Below the pieces are notes generated by a model. The model did not search any database and was not told where the DNA came from. It saw only the letters and a list, made by a program, of their open reading frames with translations. A program made the position numbers and the translations under genes. From an uncultured Candidatus Saccharibacteria bacterium (GTDB lineage Bacteria > Patescibacteriota > Minisyncoccia > Minisyncoccales > JAGGSE01), in NCBI GenBank assembly GCA_964591195.1, contig CAZPZY010000002.1, forward strand, positions 1-38,728: 38,728 nt of DNA, read 5' to 3'. Each line of letters opens with the position of its first letter. Within the stretch, counting starts at the first letter, position 1. This document shows, in pieces, positions 8,836-17,789 of this stretch.

Positions 8836-8880
8836 CCTACAATCAAATACCTCGGAAATTTTATTCCAATGTTCTTGAGA
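8752..8880 (-). pseudogene. 3'-terminal relic of a GT4 glycosyltransferase gene
   Basis: Minus-strand frame reads ...NKISEVFDCRRKELKRRFSLDRMLKGTEKVYREVILS*. This parallels the C-terminus of the intact GT4 at 9468..10583 (...KLAEEFSKNAKKRVKENFSLDKMLKETEGVYREIVLF*). No upstream catalytic domain; hicA occupies that space. Confidence 0.55.
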
Positions 8881-8900
8881 ACATTTGAATTTCCACTCTG

Positions 8901-9131
8901 TTATAGTAATTTTAAAAATTGCTCGCGAGAAAGTTCAGCCTGTTTTAATATACTGTTAACTACAGAAGGAGGGAGGTCAAATTTAGTATGATACGGAACT
9001 GTTATTCTCAAATTCAATTTTTGATAATGACGGAGATGAATATGAGAGCCTCTTTGAGAATGAATATAAAAACCAGCTCTTAAAAGAGCTTTTACTAACT
9101 TCTTTGAACTAAGAGATGGCAGTTTTTTCAT
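8901..9131 (-). CDS. hicA: HicA-family mRNA interferase toxin
   Basis: 76 aa. LSSKKLVKALLRAGFYIHSQRGSHIHLRH...ITVPYH...SILKQAELS matches the HicA (YcfA-like) pattern GSHxxxxH ... VPxH ... ILKQAGL. Confidence 0.85.
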   Translation of the reverse strand: MKKLPSLSSKKLVKALLRAGFYIHSQRGSHIHLRHYQKLNLRITVPYHTKFDLPPSVVNSILKQAELSREQFLKLL

Positions 9132-9136
9132 CCAAA

Positions 9137-9394
9137 TTACAAAGTGAAGGTTACTTTTTCTTGCACCAACGCTTTTTCTGAAGGAATTTCCTCTTTCTCT
9201 TTCTTCAAAGCCTCAAGATGACACAAAATGGCATCCCGAGCCATTTTTCTTGCTTCTTCAAAATCCCGGCCGTAAGTGACAACTCCTGGTAACAACGGAA
9301 TAGCAACCTCATACCCACCTTCTTTAACTGGCCTATAAATCACCGTGAAAGAATATTCTTTTGTTTCGACAGCCCTTTTTGCCATATCACCCAT
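9137..9394 (-). CDS. hicB: HicB-family antitoxin (UPF0150 fold)
   Basis: YSFTVIYRPVKEGGYEVAIPLLPGVVTYGRDFEEARKMARDAILCHLEAL is typical of HicB. The track ORF extends to 9481, but residues 1-29 are antisense translation of the duplicated sugar-transferase 3' end. Start at M30 (9394) or M33 (9385) is preferred. Confidence 0.7.
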   Translation of the reverse strand: MGDMAKRAVETKEYSFTVIYRPVKEGGYEVAIPLLPGVVTYGRDFEEARKMARDAILCHLEALKKEKEEIPSEKALVQEKVTFTL

Positions 9395-9436
9395 AAATTT
9401 ATCAACTTTTCTTCCTGCTGTCAAATTCTCTCGTTT

Positions 9437-9550
9437 AAAATCCTCCTCAAAACCCTGCAGTTGTTTTTCAAAAAAGGACAATCTCTCTATAAACCCCTTC
9501 TGTTTCTTTGAGCATTTTATCTAAAGAAAAATTTTCTTTGACTCTTTTTT
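9437..9550. repeat. right copy of the approx. 115-bp imperfect direct repeat
   Basis: Contains the true 3' end of GT4 9468..10583 plus a relic of a sugar-transferase 3' end. In the + frame it reads KILLKTLQLFFKKGQ versus the genuine KILLKTLQLFFKRE*; the differences within KILLKTLQLFF are synonymous. Confidence 0.75.
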
Positions 9551-10583
9551 TGGCATTTTTACTAAATTCTTCAGCTAATTTTTTGTTTTCTAAAATTTTA
9601 TTAATTACTTTAGCTAAAGACCTTGAATCTTTTGGAGGTACTACAAAGCCAGTTTTTTCATTGATGTTTATCCAACTTGTTCCGGTGCCCAATTCGGTAG
9701 AAACCACTGGTTTCCCGCAAACCATTGCTTCAATTAACACTATCCCAAATGCCTCTGATTTAAAAATGGATGGCAAGACAAAAACCTCCGAAGCCCCATA
9801 AAAATTAATCAATTTTTCTCGAGGCTGGTGGGATAAAAAGAAAACCCTATCCCCTAACTTTAATCTTTCAACTTTTAACTTTAATCTTTCCTTTTCTTTG
9901 CCCTCTCCTATTACCACTAAGTTAGCACCAATATCTTTCATTGCTTCGATTAAATAATCTACTCCTTTGTAATAATTCAATCTTCCAACAAATAAAACGA
10001 ACCTTCCATATTTTTCTTTTATTTTTCTCTGTTCTTGTTCACTTAAAGAATTTTCAATCTCTTTTAAATCCACTCCGAAAGAAATAATCTGGCACTTTTG
10101 TTTAAATTTTCTTAAGCAAGAGGAGCTTTCAATTAAATTGGGATTAGAAACAATTATTTTTTCTGCTTTTTTTAAAGTATTTAAAATAAAGGGGTTAATT
10201 AAAAAACTTAATGCTTTTTGGCGGACAATATCTGAATGATAATGAACAATTAATTTAGCTTTCGGCCTAAATAAAAAAATGGCTAAATCCCCCAAAGGAA
10301 AAGGGTGATGGAAATCAATAATGTCTACCTTCTGAGAAAGTTTTTTGAATAACCTGAAAAAATCAAGAGAAATGGGAAGCCCCCAAAAAATCCCAAAACT
10401 TGACGCGTGGTAAACTTTTACTCCATTTATTTTTTCTTCCTTTCCTTTTTTGTTATGGTCGCAACACAAAACCTCTATTTTAAAGTTATTTTTCTCATTT
10501 AATCCTTCAGTAATTTGCTGAACAATTCTCTCCACCCCTCCTATCCAAGGCGAGTAGAATTTGTTAACTTGAAGAATTTTCAT
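9468..10583 (-). CDS. GT4-family glycosyltransferase (GT-B fold, Glycos_transf_1)
   Basis: 371 aa. N-terminal MKILQVNKFYSPWIGGVE. C-terminal VFVLPSIFKSEAFGIVLIEAMVCGKPVVSTELG (E-x7-E-type GT4 motif). Confidence 0.8.
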   Translation of the reverse strand: MKILQVNKFYSPWIGGVERIVQQITEGLNEKNNFKIEVLCCDHNKKGKEEKINGVKVYHASSFGIFWGLPISLDFFRLFKKLSQKVDIIDFHHPFPLGDLAIFLFRPKAKLIVHYHSDIVRQKALSFLINPFILNTLKKAEKIIVSNPNLIESSSCLRKFKQKCQIISFGVDLKEIENSLSEQEQRKIKEKYGRFVLFVGRLNYYKGVDYLIEAMKDIGANLVVIGEGKEKERLKLKVERLKLGDRVFFLSHQPREKLINFYGASEVFVLPSIFKSEAFGIVLIEAMVCGKPVVSTELGTGTSWININEKTGFVVPPKDSRSLAKVINKILENKKLAEEFSKNAKKRVKENFSLDKMLKETEGVYREIVLF

Positions 10584-11520
10584 AGGACAGTGTTCTAATT
10601 TTTCGATAAGTTTTTAATAAAGTATTATAAAACTCAGCGCCAAAAAGAGAGATTAAAAAAAATAAAAAATAACTAAGGGAAAAAGGGTAAGTTTTAACAG
10701 CCTTGAGAAAAAATTTTCTTCCTAAAAAAGTATTTCCGTTAACACAAAGGCGTTTACCTAAAATATAATAATGGCGAGAAATAAGTTTTTTTTGTTTTCT
10801 TAAGGGCCAAGAATAAATTTCTTTTTTGATTTTCTCTAAAATCTGATTTTCTGCCGATATCTGTTTTTTAAAATCAGTAGAGGTAATTCTGTTCGTATCT
10901 CTATCTAAGTATATCTTCACCAAAGGTTCTTTAATAAAATCGAAATAAAAATATTTAGAAATCCTTAACCACATATCATAATCTTGCCTAACTGGCAAAT
11001 TTTCATCAAAGCCTCCTACCCTTTCAAAACACTCTTTTTTTACCAAAACGCAAGAGGTAGGAGTTATCCAGTCTTCAAAAAGTTCATCTTCAAAAATATC
11101 ACCCCGTTTTTGAGGTTCTTTACTTAAAAATTTTTTATTGTTTTGTAAAATCCAATATCGGGTGTAAATCACCCCTACCTTTTCATTACTTTCTTTAATT
11201 TTTTTAACTTGTTTTTCTAATTTTTCTGGTAACCATTCATCGTCGCTGTCTAAAAAAGCAATATATTTTCCTTGAGCTATTTTTATTCCTGTATTCCTGG
11301 CTGCACTTCCTCCTTTGTTTACTTGGTGTTTGATATATTTTATTCTAGAGTCATTAAAACTTTGAATAACTTCTTTAGTATTATCAGCAGAAGCATCATC
11401 TATTACAATAATCTCAAAATTCTGATGGGTTTGCTTCAAAACACTTTGAATTGCTCGAGCGATTAAATTTCCTCTATTATAAGTTGGAATAATCACACTA
11501 ACTTCAGGGTTTTTATTCAT
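10564..11520 (-). CDS. GT2-family glycosyltransferase
   Basis: 318 aa. VSVIIPTYNRGNLIARAIQSVLKQTHQNFEIIVIDDASADNT and FLDSDDEW (DxD) motifs. Confidence 0.85.
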   Translation of the reverse strand: MNKNPEVSVIIPTYNRGNLIARAIQSVLKQTHQNFEIIVIDDASADNTKEVIQSFNDSRIKYIKHQVNKGGSAARNTGIKIAQGKYIAFLDSDDEWLPEKLEKQVKKIKESNEKVGVIYTRYWILQNNKKFLSKEPQKRGDIFEDELFEDWITPTSCVLVKKECFERVGGFDENLPVRQDYDMWLRISKYFYFDFIKEPLVKIYLDRDTNRITSTDFKKQISAENQILEKIKKEIYSWPLRKQKKLISRHYYILGKRLCVNGNTFLGRKFFLKAVKTYPFSLSYFLFFLISLFGAEFYNTLLKTYRKIRTLSYENSSS

Positions 11521-12676
11521 ACTTCTTCCTTTCTAAAACTTTCCTGTAAACTTGTAAAGTTTTTTTGGCAACTTCATCCCAAGAGTATTTCTCGGCAGTA
11601 TTTCTAGCATTTTTACTTATTTGATTTTTTAAATCTTTGTTTCTTATTAAAGCATTAACTTTCTGTCTTATATCTTCTGGATCTCTTTTAATGAAAAATC
11701 CATTCTTACCTTCCCTTATCATATCTTCTACTCCATTTACTTTGGATACTAAAACAGGTAATCCACAAGCCATCGCTTCCAAAACTACTAAACCAAAAGA
11801 TTCATAGTATGTCGGAAATACAAAAATATCTGAAGCCTGATAATAATTTTCTATATTTTTACTTACAGTCCCAGTAAAAATAATTCTATTTTCTACTCCT
11901 AACTTAGAAGCCAATTTTATATAAGGTGCTGGATTATCTCCTCCTACAACTAAAAGTTTAACCTCTTTACTCAATTTAGACAAAGCTTCAATCACGAATT
12001 TCAAACCTTTCCCTCTAAAATTATGCCCACAAAACATTAATAGTTTTTCATTTGTCTTAATATTGTATTTGTTTCTTATTTCTTGTCTTTTTGATGGATT
12101 TGGTTTAAATTTTTCTAAATCTACTCCGTTTGGAATTACAACAATTTTCTCGGGGGGAACTTTATAATTTTCTAAAATCTCTCTTTTGACTTCTTTAGAA
12201 ACAGCAATGATTTTTTTGCTGCCTTTTTCTATTACTCTTTTTTCAATAGATAAAACTACTCTGTTTAAGGGCCAAAACCATCTAACAATTTTGAAAAAAA
12301 AATATTTAGGAAAAGAACATTCTCCTTTAAAAATTTCATTATGTTTTTTTATAGAAGCCCTATGACAACTATGGGCTGTGAGTACATCACAGTTTAAAGA
12401 TTCAGCACCTTGAGAATGAATTATGTCAATATCAAATTTCTTCTTGATGTTTTTAGAGTATTTTGTGTTGTAATAGGCATTCAACAAAATTTGAAACCAA
12501 AAAGGTTTTCTTACCATTGGTTTTTTGTGAACAATTAAATTTGGAATCTCGTAGTCATAATTTGTGGTAAGTAAATGAACCTCGTAGTTTTTAACAAATC
12601 GCTCAGCTAACTCTGCCGTGTATCTTGAAATTCCTCCTTTCTTATTAAAGCTTCTTAAAACTAAAAGTATTTTCAT
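11513..12676 (-). CDS. GT4-family glycosyltransferase
   Basis: 387 aa. MKILLVLRSFNKKGGISRYTAELA; C-terminal IFVFPTYYESFGLVVLEAMACGLPVLVSKVNG. Confidence 0.8.
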   Translation of the reverse strand: MKILLVLRSFNKKGGISRYTAELAERFVKNYEVHLLTTNYDYEIPNLIVHKKPMVRKPFWFQILLNAYYNTKYSKNIKKKFDIDIIHSQGAESLNCDVLTAHSCHRASIKKHNEIFKGECSFPKYFFFKIVRWFWPLNRVVLSIEKRVIEKGSKKIIAVSKEVKREILENYKVPPEKIVVIPNGVDLEKFKPNPSKRQEIRNKYNIKTNEKLLMFCGHNFRGKGLKFVIEALSKLSKEVKLLVVGGDNPAPYIKLASKLGVENRIIFTGTVSKNIENYYQASDIFVFPTYYESFGLVVLEAMACGLPVLVSKVNGVEDMIREGKNGFFIKRDPEDIRQKVNALIRNKDLKNQISKNARNTAEKYSWDEVAKKTLQVYRKVLERKKYE

Positions 12677-12681
12677 TGCTT

Positions 12682-12800
12682 TTAAGGTTTTTCAATATTT
12701 GTTTTCCTCATAGCGTAGAGAATGTCAAGATTAGATGAAGGGTTTGGGCAAATTCCTTGGCAACCATTTTTCTTTAAATTAATCACACTTACCTCCATTT
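12682..12800 (-). pseudogene. 3'-terminal relic of an FkbM-family methyltransferase gene
   Basis: Minus frame ...NGCQGICPNPSSNLDILYAMRKTNIEKP* parallels the intact methyltransferase C-terminus ERNGFSVVCLKPLSNLGMLYARRRNTLR*. The DNA aligns with 13700-13800 at roughly 70-75% by eye. No upstream ORF. Confidence 0.5.
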
Positions 12801-12861
12801 CCGAATAAATAAAAAGTTTTTTTCTCTCCTCCTTACCTCCCTCACCTAAAAGGTATTAATT

Positions 12862-13665
12862 CTAGGAAGAATATTCGTTGTTTGTATCCTCTTCTTTCTT
12901 TAGAGGTTTTCTTCTCATAGCAAAATATTCGGGTCGGAATGGACCAATGATAAAATAATAGGCGAGCTTAAATTTTCTTTTAATTAAAAAACCAATAATA
13001 TGCCGAGAAAAGAAAAGGAGAAATGTGAATAAACTAATTTTTTTGTCCCTAAAATATCTAAACCAAGATTGAGAATGCCATATCACTGTTTCTCCGGTTC
13101 TGTCGTGCTCTGCGATGTGGAGATGTTCTTTCGGGCTCACTAAGGTAACCAGCCATTTATATCCTTTTTTGATAACATGTATAGATAAAAACCAATCTTC
13201 AAATGCCTGGCAATCTTCTATAGGAGCATCCAAGACAAGTTTTCTCCTAATTAAGGTAGCTCCGGTAAAGGCTCGCGTATATCTTGGGCTAAACGGATTT
13301 GGAGAAAGAAAATAGGGACAATTAGGGTTTTTCTCTTCTGATTTTATTTGAATTGCCCCTATGGAATTATTATTGCAATAATTAAACATTTTTTGCCAAT
13401 CTTTATTAATAATTATATCACTATCAACAAAAGCTATCCATTCTGTTTGGGCTTTTTGGGCGCCTATTATCCTACATTTGCCCAAGGTAGCATTAGTTTG
13501 AATAATTTTACAATTGTAAGCTCGAGCAATTTTTATGGTTTCATCTTCGGAAAATTTATCAATAATAAAGATATTATGGGGATTCCCATATTTTTTAATT
13601 GCTGCCAAACATTTATCTAAACAATAGCCAGAATTATAGGTTGGAATTACATAATCAACCCTCAT
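12862..13665 (-). CDS. GT2-like glycosyltransferase
   Basis: 267 aa. MRVDYVIPTYNSGYCLDKCLAAI...FIIDKFSEDET...IAFVDSDIII (DxD). Hydrophobic C-terminal tail. Confidence 0.65.
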   Translation of the reverse strand: MRVDYVIPTYNSGYCLDKCLAAIKKYGNPHNIFIIDKFSEDETIKIARAYNCKIIQTNATLGKCRIIGAQKAQTEWIAFVDSDIIINKDWQKMFNYCNNNSIGAIQIKSEEKNPNCPYFLSPNPFSPRYTRAFTGATLIRRKLVLDAPIEDCQAFEDWFLSIHVIKKGYKWLVTLVSPKEHLHIAEHDRTGETVIWHSQSWFRYFRDKKISLFTFLLFFSRHIIGFLIKRKFKLAYYFIIGPFRPEYFAMRRKPLKKEEDTNNEYSS

Positions 13666-13694
13666 TTTGGCCTCTTTATATTTTAATTGCCGAA

Positions 13695-14504
13695 TTATCT
13701 TAAAGTATTCCTCCTTCTAGCATAGAGCATGCCGAGATTGGATAAGGGCTTTAGACAAACTACTGAAAATCCATTCCTTTCCAAAAATTCTTCTAATCCT
13801 TTAACTCCTTGATGATATTCAAGAACAATATTTTTAATCTTGCATAGATAGTCTGGGGGTGTATTAAAAAGAATTTCATATTCAGCCCCTTCACAATCTA
13901 TTTTTAAAACATCGCAGCCCTCTATCTTGTTATCTTCGAAAATACTTTGAAGAGTGACAACTTTAATCTTAACAAAATCTTTTGGATTAGGTACATACTC
14001 TTGATACAGAGAATCTGCGATACTTCGATTAGGATAAAGAAACAATCTCCTTTCCTCATCTTTCTCTGACACCCCTAAATTAAATGGCTTGATAGATTCT
14101 GTGAGATTGTTAAGTTCAATATTTCTAACCAATCGTGAAAATGTGTCAGGGTTGGGTTCATAAGCATAAACCTTAACATTTTTAGCAGAAGTGGCAGCAA
14201 AAAGAGAAAAAGCACCAATATTAGCCCCAATATCAATAACGATATAATTATCTAAAATCCTTGGCTGTCTTGAGTGTTCTCTCTTAGCAAAAATCTCTTT
14301 GAAAGGAAAGAGTTCTTTACCTTTATCAGCCGCCAAAACTTTTAAGCCGTTCCTGAAGTTAAAAATTTCCTCCTTGTTTTTTGAAAGACCAAAACGAAAT
14401 TTCAACCACAATGGCCAATTCTCAATAGTAGCAATAATCCAAATCAAGGATTTTAACTTAGAAGAAATATTATCCATACATAAATAAGTTTTGTAAAATT
14501 TCAA
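13695..14504 (-). CDS. FkbM-family SAM-dependent methyltransferase
   Basis: 269 aa. VIDIGANIGAFSLFAA...VYAYEPNPDTFSRLVRNIELN...LKIDCEGAEYEIL are the FkbM family blocks. Confidence 0.8.
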   Translation of the reverse strand: MKFYKTYLCMDNISSKLKSLIWIIATIENWPLWLKFRFGLSKNKEEIFNFRNGLKVLAADKGKELFPFKEIFAKREHSRQPRILDNYIVIDIGANIGAFSLFAATSAKNVKVYAYEPNPDTFSRLVRNIELNNLTESIKPFNLGVSEKDEERRLFLYPNRSIADSLYQEYVPNPKDFVKIKVVTLQSIFEDNKIEGCDVLKIDCEGAEYEILFNTPPDYLCKIKNIVLEYHQGVKGLEEFLERNGFSVVCLKPLSNLGMLYARRRNTLR

Positions 14505-14507
14505 TTT

Positions 14508-15674
14508 CTACTTTTCGTATAAAACTTCATCTATTAACACTTTCCATTTTTTAGCAATCTCCTTCCACTTATATTTTTTAGCCTCCTCTAAACAACTCTT
14601 CTGCATTTTTTTGTAAAGATGCTCATTATTTAATAACTCTAAAATAGCTGCTTTCTGACCTTCTTCGGTATTCCTTAAAAATCCAGTTACCCCATCTTTA
14701 ACAACATATTGAACTGCTGAATTCTTCATAGCAACAACTGGGGTCCCTGAAGCCATTGCCTCAACAAAAACTCCGCCAAAAGTTTCTCCTTTACTTGGCA
14801 TATAATATATTTTTGCTTTTCTATACAACTCTTGTAAATCCTTACCCATTTTAACTCCAGTAAACCTTACATACTTGTCTAAATTTAAATCTTTAATTAA
14901 CCCCATTATTTTTTTTTCATATTCTTCTCCGCTTTGCCAACCTTCTTTGGCCTGCGTTCTATATCTGCCCTTTAAAAATTTTCCAACAATAAAAAGTTTG
15001 CAGGGCTTTTGTTTTATCACTTCCGAGAACACTCTCAAAATCGTATGTAAATTCTTTCTATCCTCCCACCATTTTGAAACGGTTAAGATATAATTTTCTT
15101 TCTTTTCAGTTCCTATTTGAAACTTTGTACCCCAAGGAATTATGGAATATTTACTCTTAGGAATCTTTTTTATTTGCGAAAGAGCATCAATTCCATGCTT
15201 TGTAAAAACAACAATTTTATTAACTAAACTGAGATGAAGTAAAATTAGAATCCATCTTAAAAAATCTTTAAGGGTTAGTGAAATAGACCTATGAAATCGA
15301 GGAATACCATATTCATTAATATCTGGTTGAGATATCGTTTTAATGCCCAAAAATTTAGAACAAAGAAGTAAAAAATGGGCTAAAGGATTACAAAAATGAT
15401 GATGAAAAACAATAACATCCGGCTTAATCTTCCTGAGCGTTTTAAAGATAGCTACTATATTCTTACCTTGAATTATCTCTGGTGTTTTATAAGAAAAGTC
15501 TGACAGGCTGGGTTTTGTAAAATTTTTTGTCAATAAAATATAGTTTTTATAATCTGGATAGTTTTCTAAATATAACGGAATAAAATATGAAAGAGAGGGA
15601 ATTCCATCGTTATCAGCGCAATTTCTCATAATATGCAAAATTATCTTTTTTTTGTTATCTCTTTTCTGTCTCAT
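14508..15674 (-). CDS. GT4-family glycosyltransferase
   Basis: 388 aa. C-terminal KIYYMPSKGETFGGVFVEAMASGTPVVAMKNSAVQYVVKDGVTGF. Confidence 0.75.
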   Translation of the reverse strand: MRQKRDNKKKIILHIMRNCADNDGIPSLSYFIPLYLENYPDYKNYILLTKNFTKPSLSDFSYKTPEIIQGKNIVAIFKTLRKIKPDVIVFHHHFCNPLAHFLLLCSKFLGIKTISQPDINEYGIPRFHRSISLTLKDFLRWILILLHLSLVNKIVVFTKHGIDALSQIKKIPKSKYSIIPWGTKFQIGTEKKENYILTVSKWWEDRKNLHTILRVFSEVIKQKPCKLFIVGKFLKGRYRTQAKEGWQSGEEYEKKIMGLIKDLNLDKYVRFTGVKMGKDLQELYRKAKIYYMPSKGETFGGVFVEAMASGTPVVAMKNSAVQYVVKDGVTGFLRNTEEGQKAAILELLNNEHLYKKMQKSCLEEAKKYKWKEIAKKWKVLIDEVLYEK

Positions 15675-16620
15675 AAAGATTTTGCCATAAGATCGTTTTA
15701 TTTCTGATTAGTTTAGATAATTCTCTTACATCTTCGAAGTTATTCTTGGCTTCATAAGACCAATGAAGTGTTATAGGAACAATAATATCTTCTTCAATCT
15801 CTAATGACTTTATAAAATTAACTATCTCTTTACAACTCCCATAAACTGGAGGATAAGAAGGTATATATAATGCTCCTTTAAAGTAACAAGGTGTTATCTT
15901 AAATCCTAGAGTTTTAATGCTTTCTGGACCACCGGTAATAATTTTAAAATATCTTTTCAAGATTTCATAATTTTTTTCATCTATTGCATTAAATGGAGGA
16001 ATGAATATATGGGATTCAATATTATATTTTGCTAATTCCTTGATACCATTTACTACTCTATTCTCAATTTCTTGAGAGGAAAGTCCGATAAATTCAGAAC
16101 GCTTCCACCTTTTGTTTAGAATTGTTTGATGAGTTAAACCGTGTAATCCTACCGTTATTATGGGCTCCTTTAAAAGATCGGCTTCATTTGTTGTTAAACT
16201 TCTAAATTTTTTATTTTTAGGATCTAAGACATTAAGGCTTAATAATGGGGTCACCCCAAGTAAATATGGAATCTTATACTTTTTAAATATTTCATGGAAA
16301 TTTAAAAAGTTGTTAAAACTATTATCCCATCTGGGGAAATCATCAACTCTAACTAAATATTTGACTTCTCCTCTTTTTTTAACGCCTTTCCATTTTTTAA
16401 AGAGCTTTCGAATATTTATTATTTCATTTAAAACAATTTTGTAGTAATTTATTTTTCTTCTTTTTAGATAGTGATAAAATGCCTTTTTGAAAATAGAGGG
16501 CTTTTGAAATTCCAATTTTATTTGCGGAAATCTTCTCAAAAATTCCTCTATCTCGCCACTATCTTCAATTATACCCCTAAGCATCAAAGCAACTGTCTTT
16601 AGAATATCTTTTTTATTCAT
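15655..16620 (-). CDS. DUF2334 / polysaccharide-deacetylase-like protein (tentative)
   Basis: 321 aa. YLVRVDDFPRWDN...VGLHGLTHQT...IFIPPFNAID resembles the RxDD..P / LHGxxH / PPxN blocks of DUF2334-type deacetylase-fold proteins. Assignment by eye only. Confidence 0.45.
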   Translation of the reverse strand: MNKKDILKTVALMLRGIIEDSGEIEEFLRRFPQIKLEFQKPSIFKKAFYHYLKRRKINYYKIVLNEIINIRKLFKKWKGVKKRGEVKYLVRVDDFPRWDNSFNNFLNFHEIFKKYKIPYLLGVTPLLSLNVLDPKNKKFRSLTTNEADLLKEPIITVGLHGLTHQTILNKRWKRSEFIGLSSQEIENRVVNGIKELAKYNIESHIFIPPFNAIDEKNYEILKRYFKIITGGPESIKTLGFKITPCYFKGALYIPSYPPVYGSCKEIVNFIKSLEIEEDIIVPITLHWSYEAKNNFEDVRELSKLIRNKTILWQNLYETEKR

Positions 16621-17789
16621 TGGGTTAGTTCTTGGTAAACCTTTACTGTATCATCAACCATTTTGTCTAAACTAAATTTTCCTATTGCCTTTTGGCGAGC
16701 ATTTTTCTTTAATTTTTTTGATAGACCTTCATCTCTTAAGACCTCTAAAATCTTTTCTTTTAGTTCTTTTAAATTCCCTGGTTCAATTAAGATTCCATCT
16801 CTATAATTCTCTACCGCAGTTGGAATTCCTCCTATTTTTGAAGCAATAACTGGTCTTCCACAGGCCATCGCCTCTATAACGACCAAAGGGAAAGCCTCTT
16901 TTAAAAGAGTAACAAAGACAAAAATGTCAGCTAAATTATAATAAATAGGTAATTTTTCATGGGGAATGCTTCCTATAAATAAAACTTTATCCGCCACTTT
17001 GTATTGAATGGACATTCTCTTTAAGTTTTCTAAATAAGGTCCGGTTCCTATGATTATTAATTTCACTTTCTGTTTTCTTGAAATCTCTGGCAAAATCTTT
17101 ATCAACAAATGGAACCCTTTTTGTTTCCGAATTGTACCACAGGAGACTATTACCTTCTCATCTTTTATATTAAGTTTTTCTTTTAAATCGCTTATGTCCA
17201 ACGGCTTAAATTTATTTGTATCCACTCCATTGGGAATTACAATTAATTTCTCTTCTGGAATTTTGTGTTGAATCTTAATATCTTCCTCTAACTCTTTACT
17301 TACCGTAATTATTTTATCTGCCTTCCCAAAAAGAATTGGTTCATCTATCAGACGAGTTTTTAAATAAAAAGGAAGCATCAAAAAAAATCTTGATAAGGAC
17401 TTGGGTTTCAGCAGACTTTTAATATCGTTTAGGGAAGTGCCATGTAAAGTTACAACTATAGGGATTTTCTTCTTGCAATATTTCGCATAACCACAAGCAA
17501 GGGTGCTTTGGCTATGGACTATGTCAAATTTTTCTTGCTTATTTATCTTCTCAAACAACTCTGCCGACTCCTTATAAAATTTTTCCCTCAGATATTTCGG
17601 TTTACTTTTTAAATAATATATTGTCAAATTCTCTTTTTCTTCTTTTTTAATCCCTTCGGGATGAGGAGCTGTAATAATTGTTACTTTATGACCTCTTTTG
17701 ACTAAACCATTAACTAAATCTTGAATATGGATCTCCATCCCTCCTCTCAGATGAATTGGTAAGTTTTTAGCAAAAATACAAATTTTCAT
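16617..17789 (-). CDS. GT4-family glycosyltransferase
   Basis: 390 aa. MKICIFAKNLPIHLRGGMEIHIQDL; C-terminal IFVFVTLLKEAFPLVVIEAMACGRPVIASKIGGIP. Confidence 0.85.
   Translation of the reverse strand: MKICIFAKNLPIHLRGGMEIHIQDLVNGLVKRGHKVTIITAPHPEGIKKEEKENLTIYYLKSKPKYLREKFYKESAELFEKINKQEKFDIVHSQSTLACGYAKYCKKKIPIVVTLHGTSLNDIKSLLKPKSLSRFFLMLPFYLKTRLIDEPILFGKADKIITVSKELEEDIKIQHKIPEEKLIVIPNGVDTNKFKPLDISDLKEKLNIKDEKVIVSCGTIRKQKGFHLLIKILPEISRKQKVKLIIIGTGPYLENLKRMSIQYKVADKVLFIGSIPHEKLPIYYNLADIFVFVTLLKEAFPLVVIEAMACGRPVIASKIGGIPTAVENYRDGILIEPGNLKELKEKILEVLRDEGLSKKLKKNARQKAIGKFSLDKMVDDTVKVYQELTQ

Noticed and set aside
9395-9481. N-terminal 29 residues of the longest hicB ORF
   Set aside because: The region is the antisense strand of the duplicated sugar-transferase 3' end. 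HicB homology begins only after M30/M33, so the extension is probably an ORF-calling artefact.
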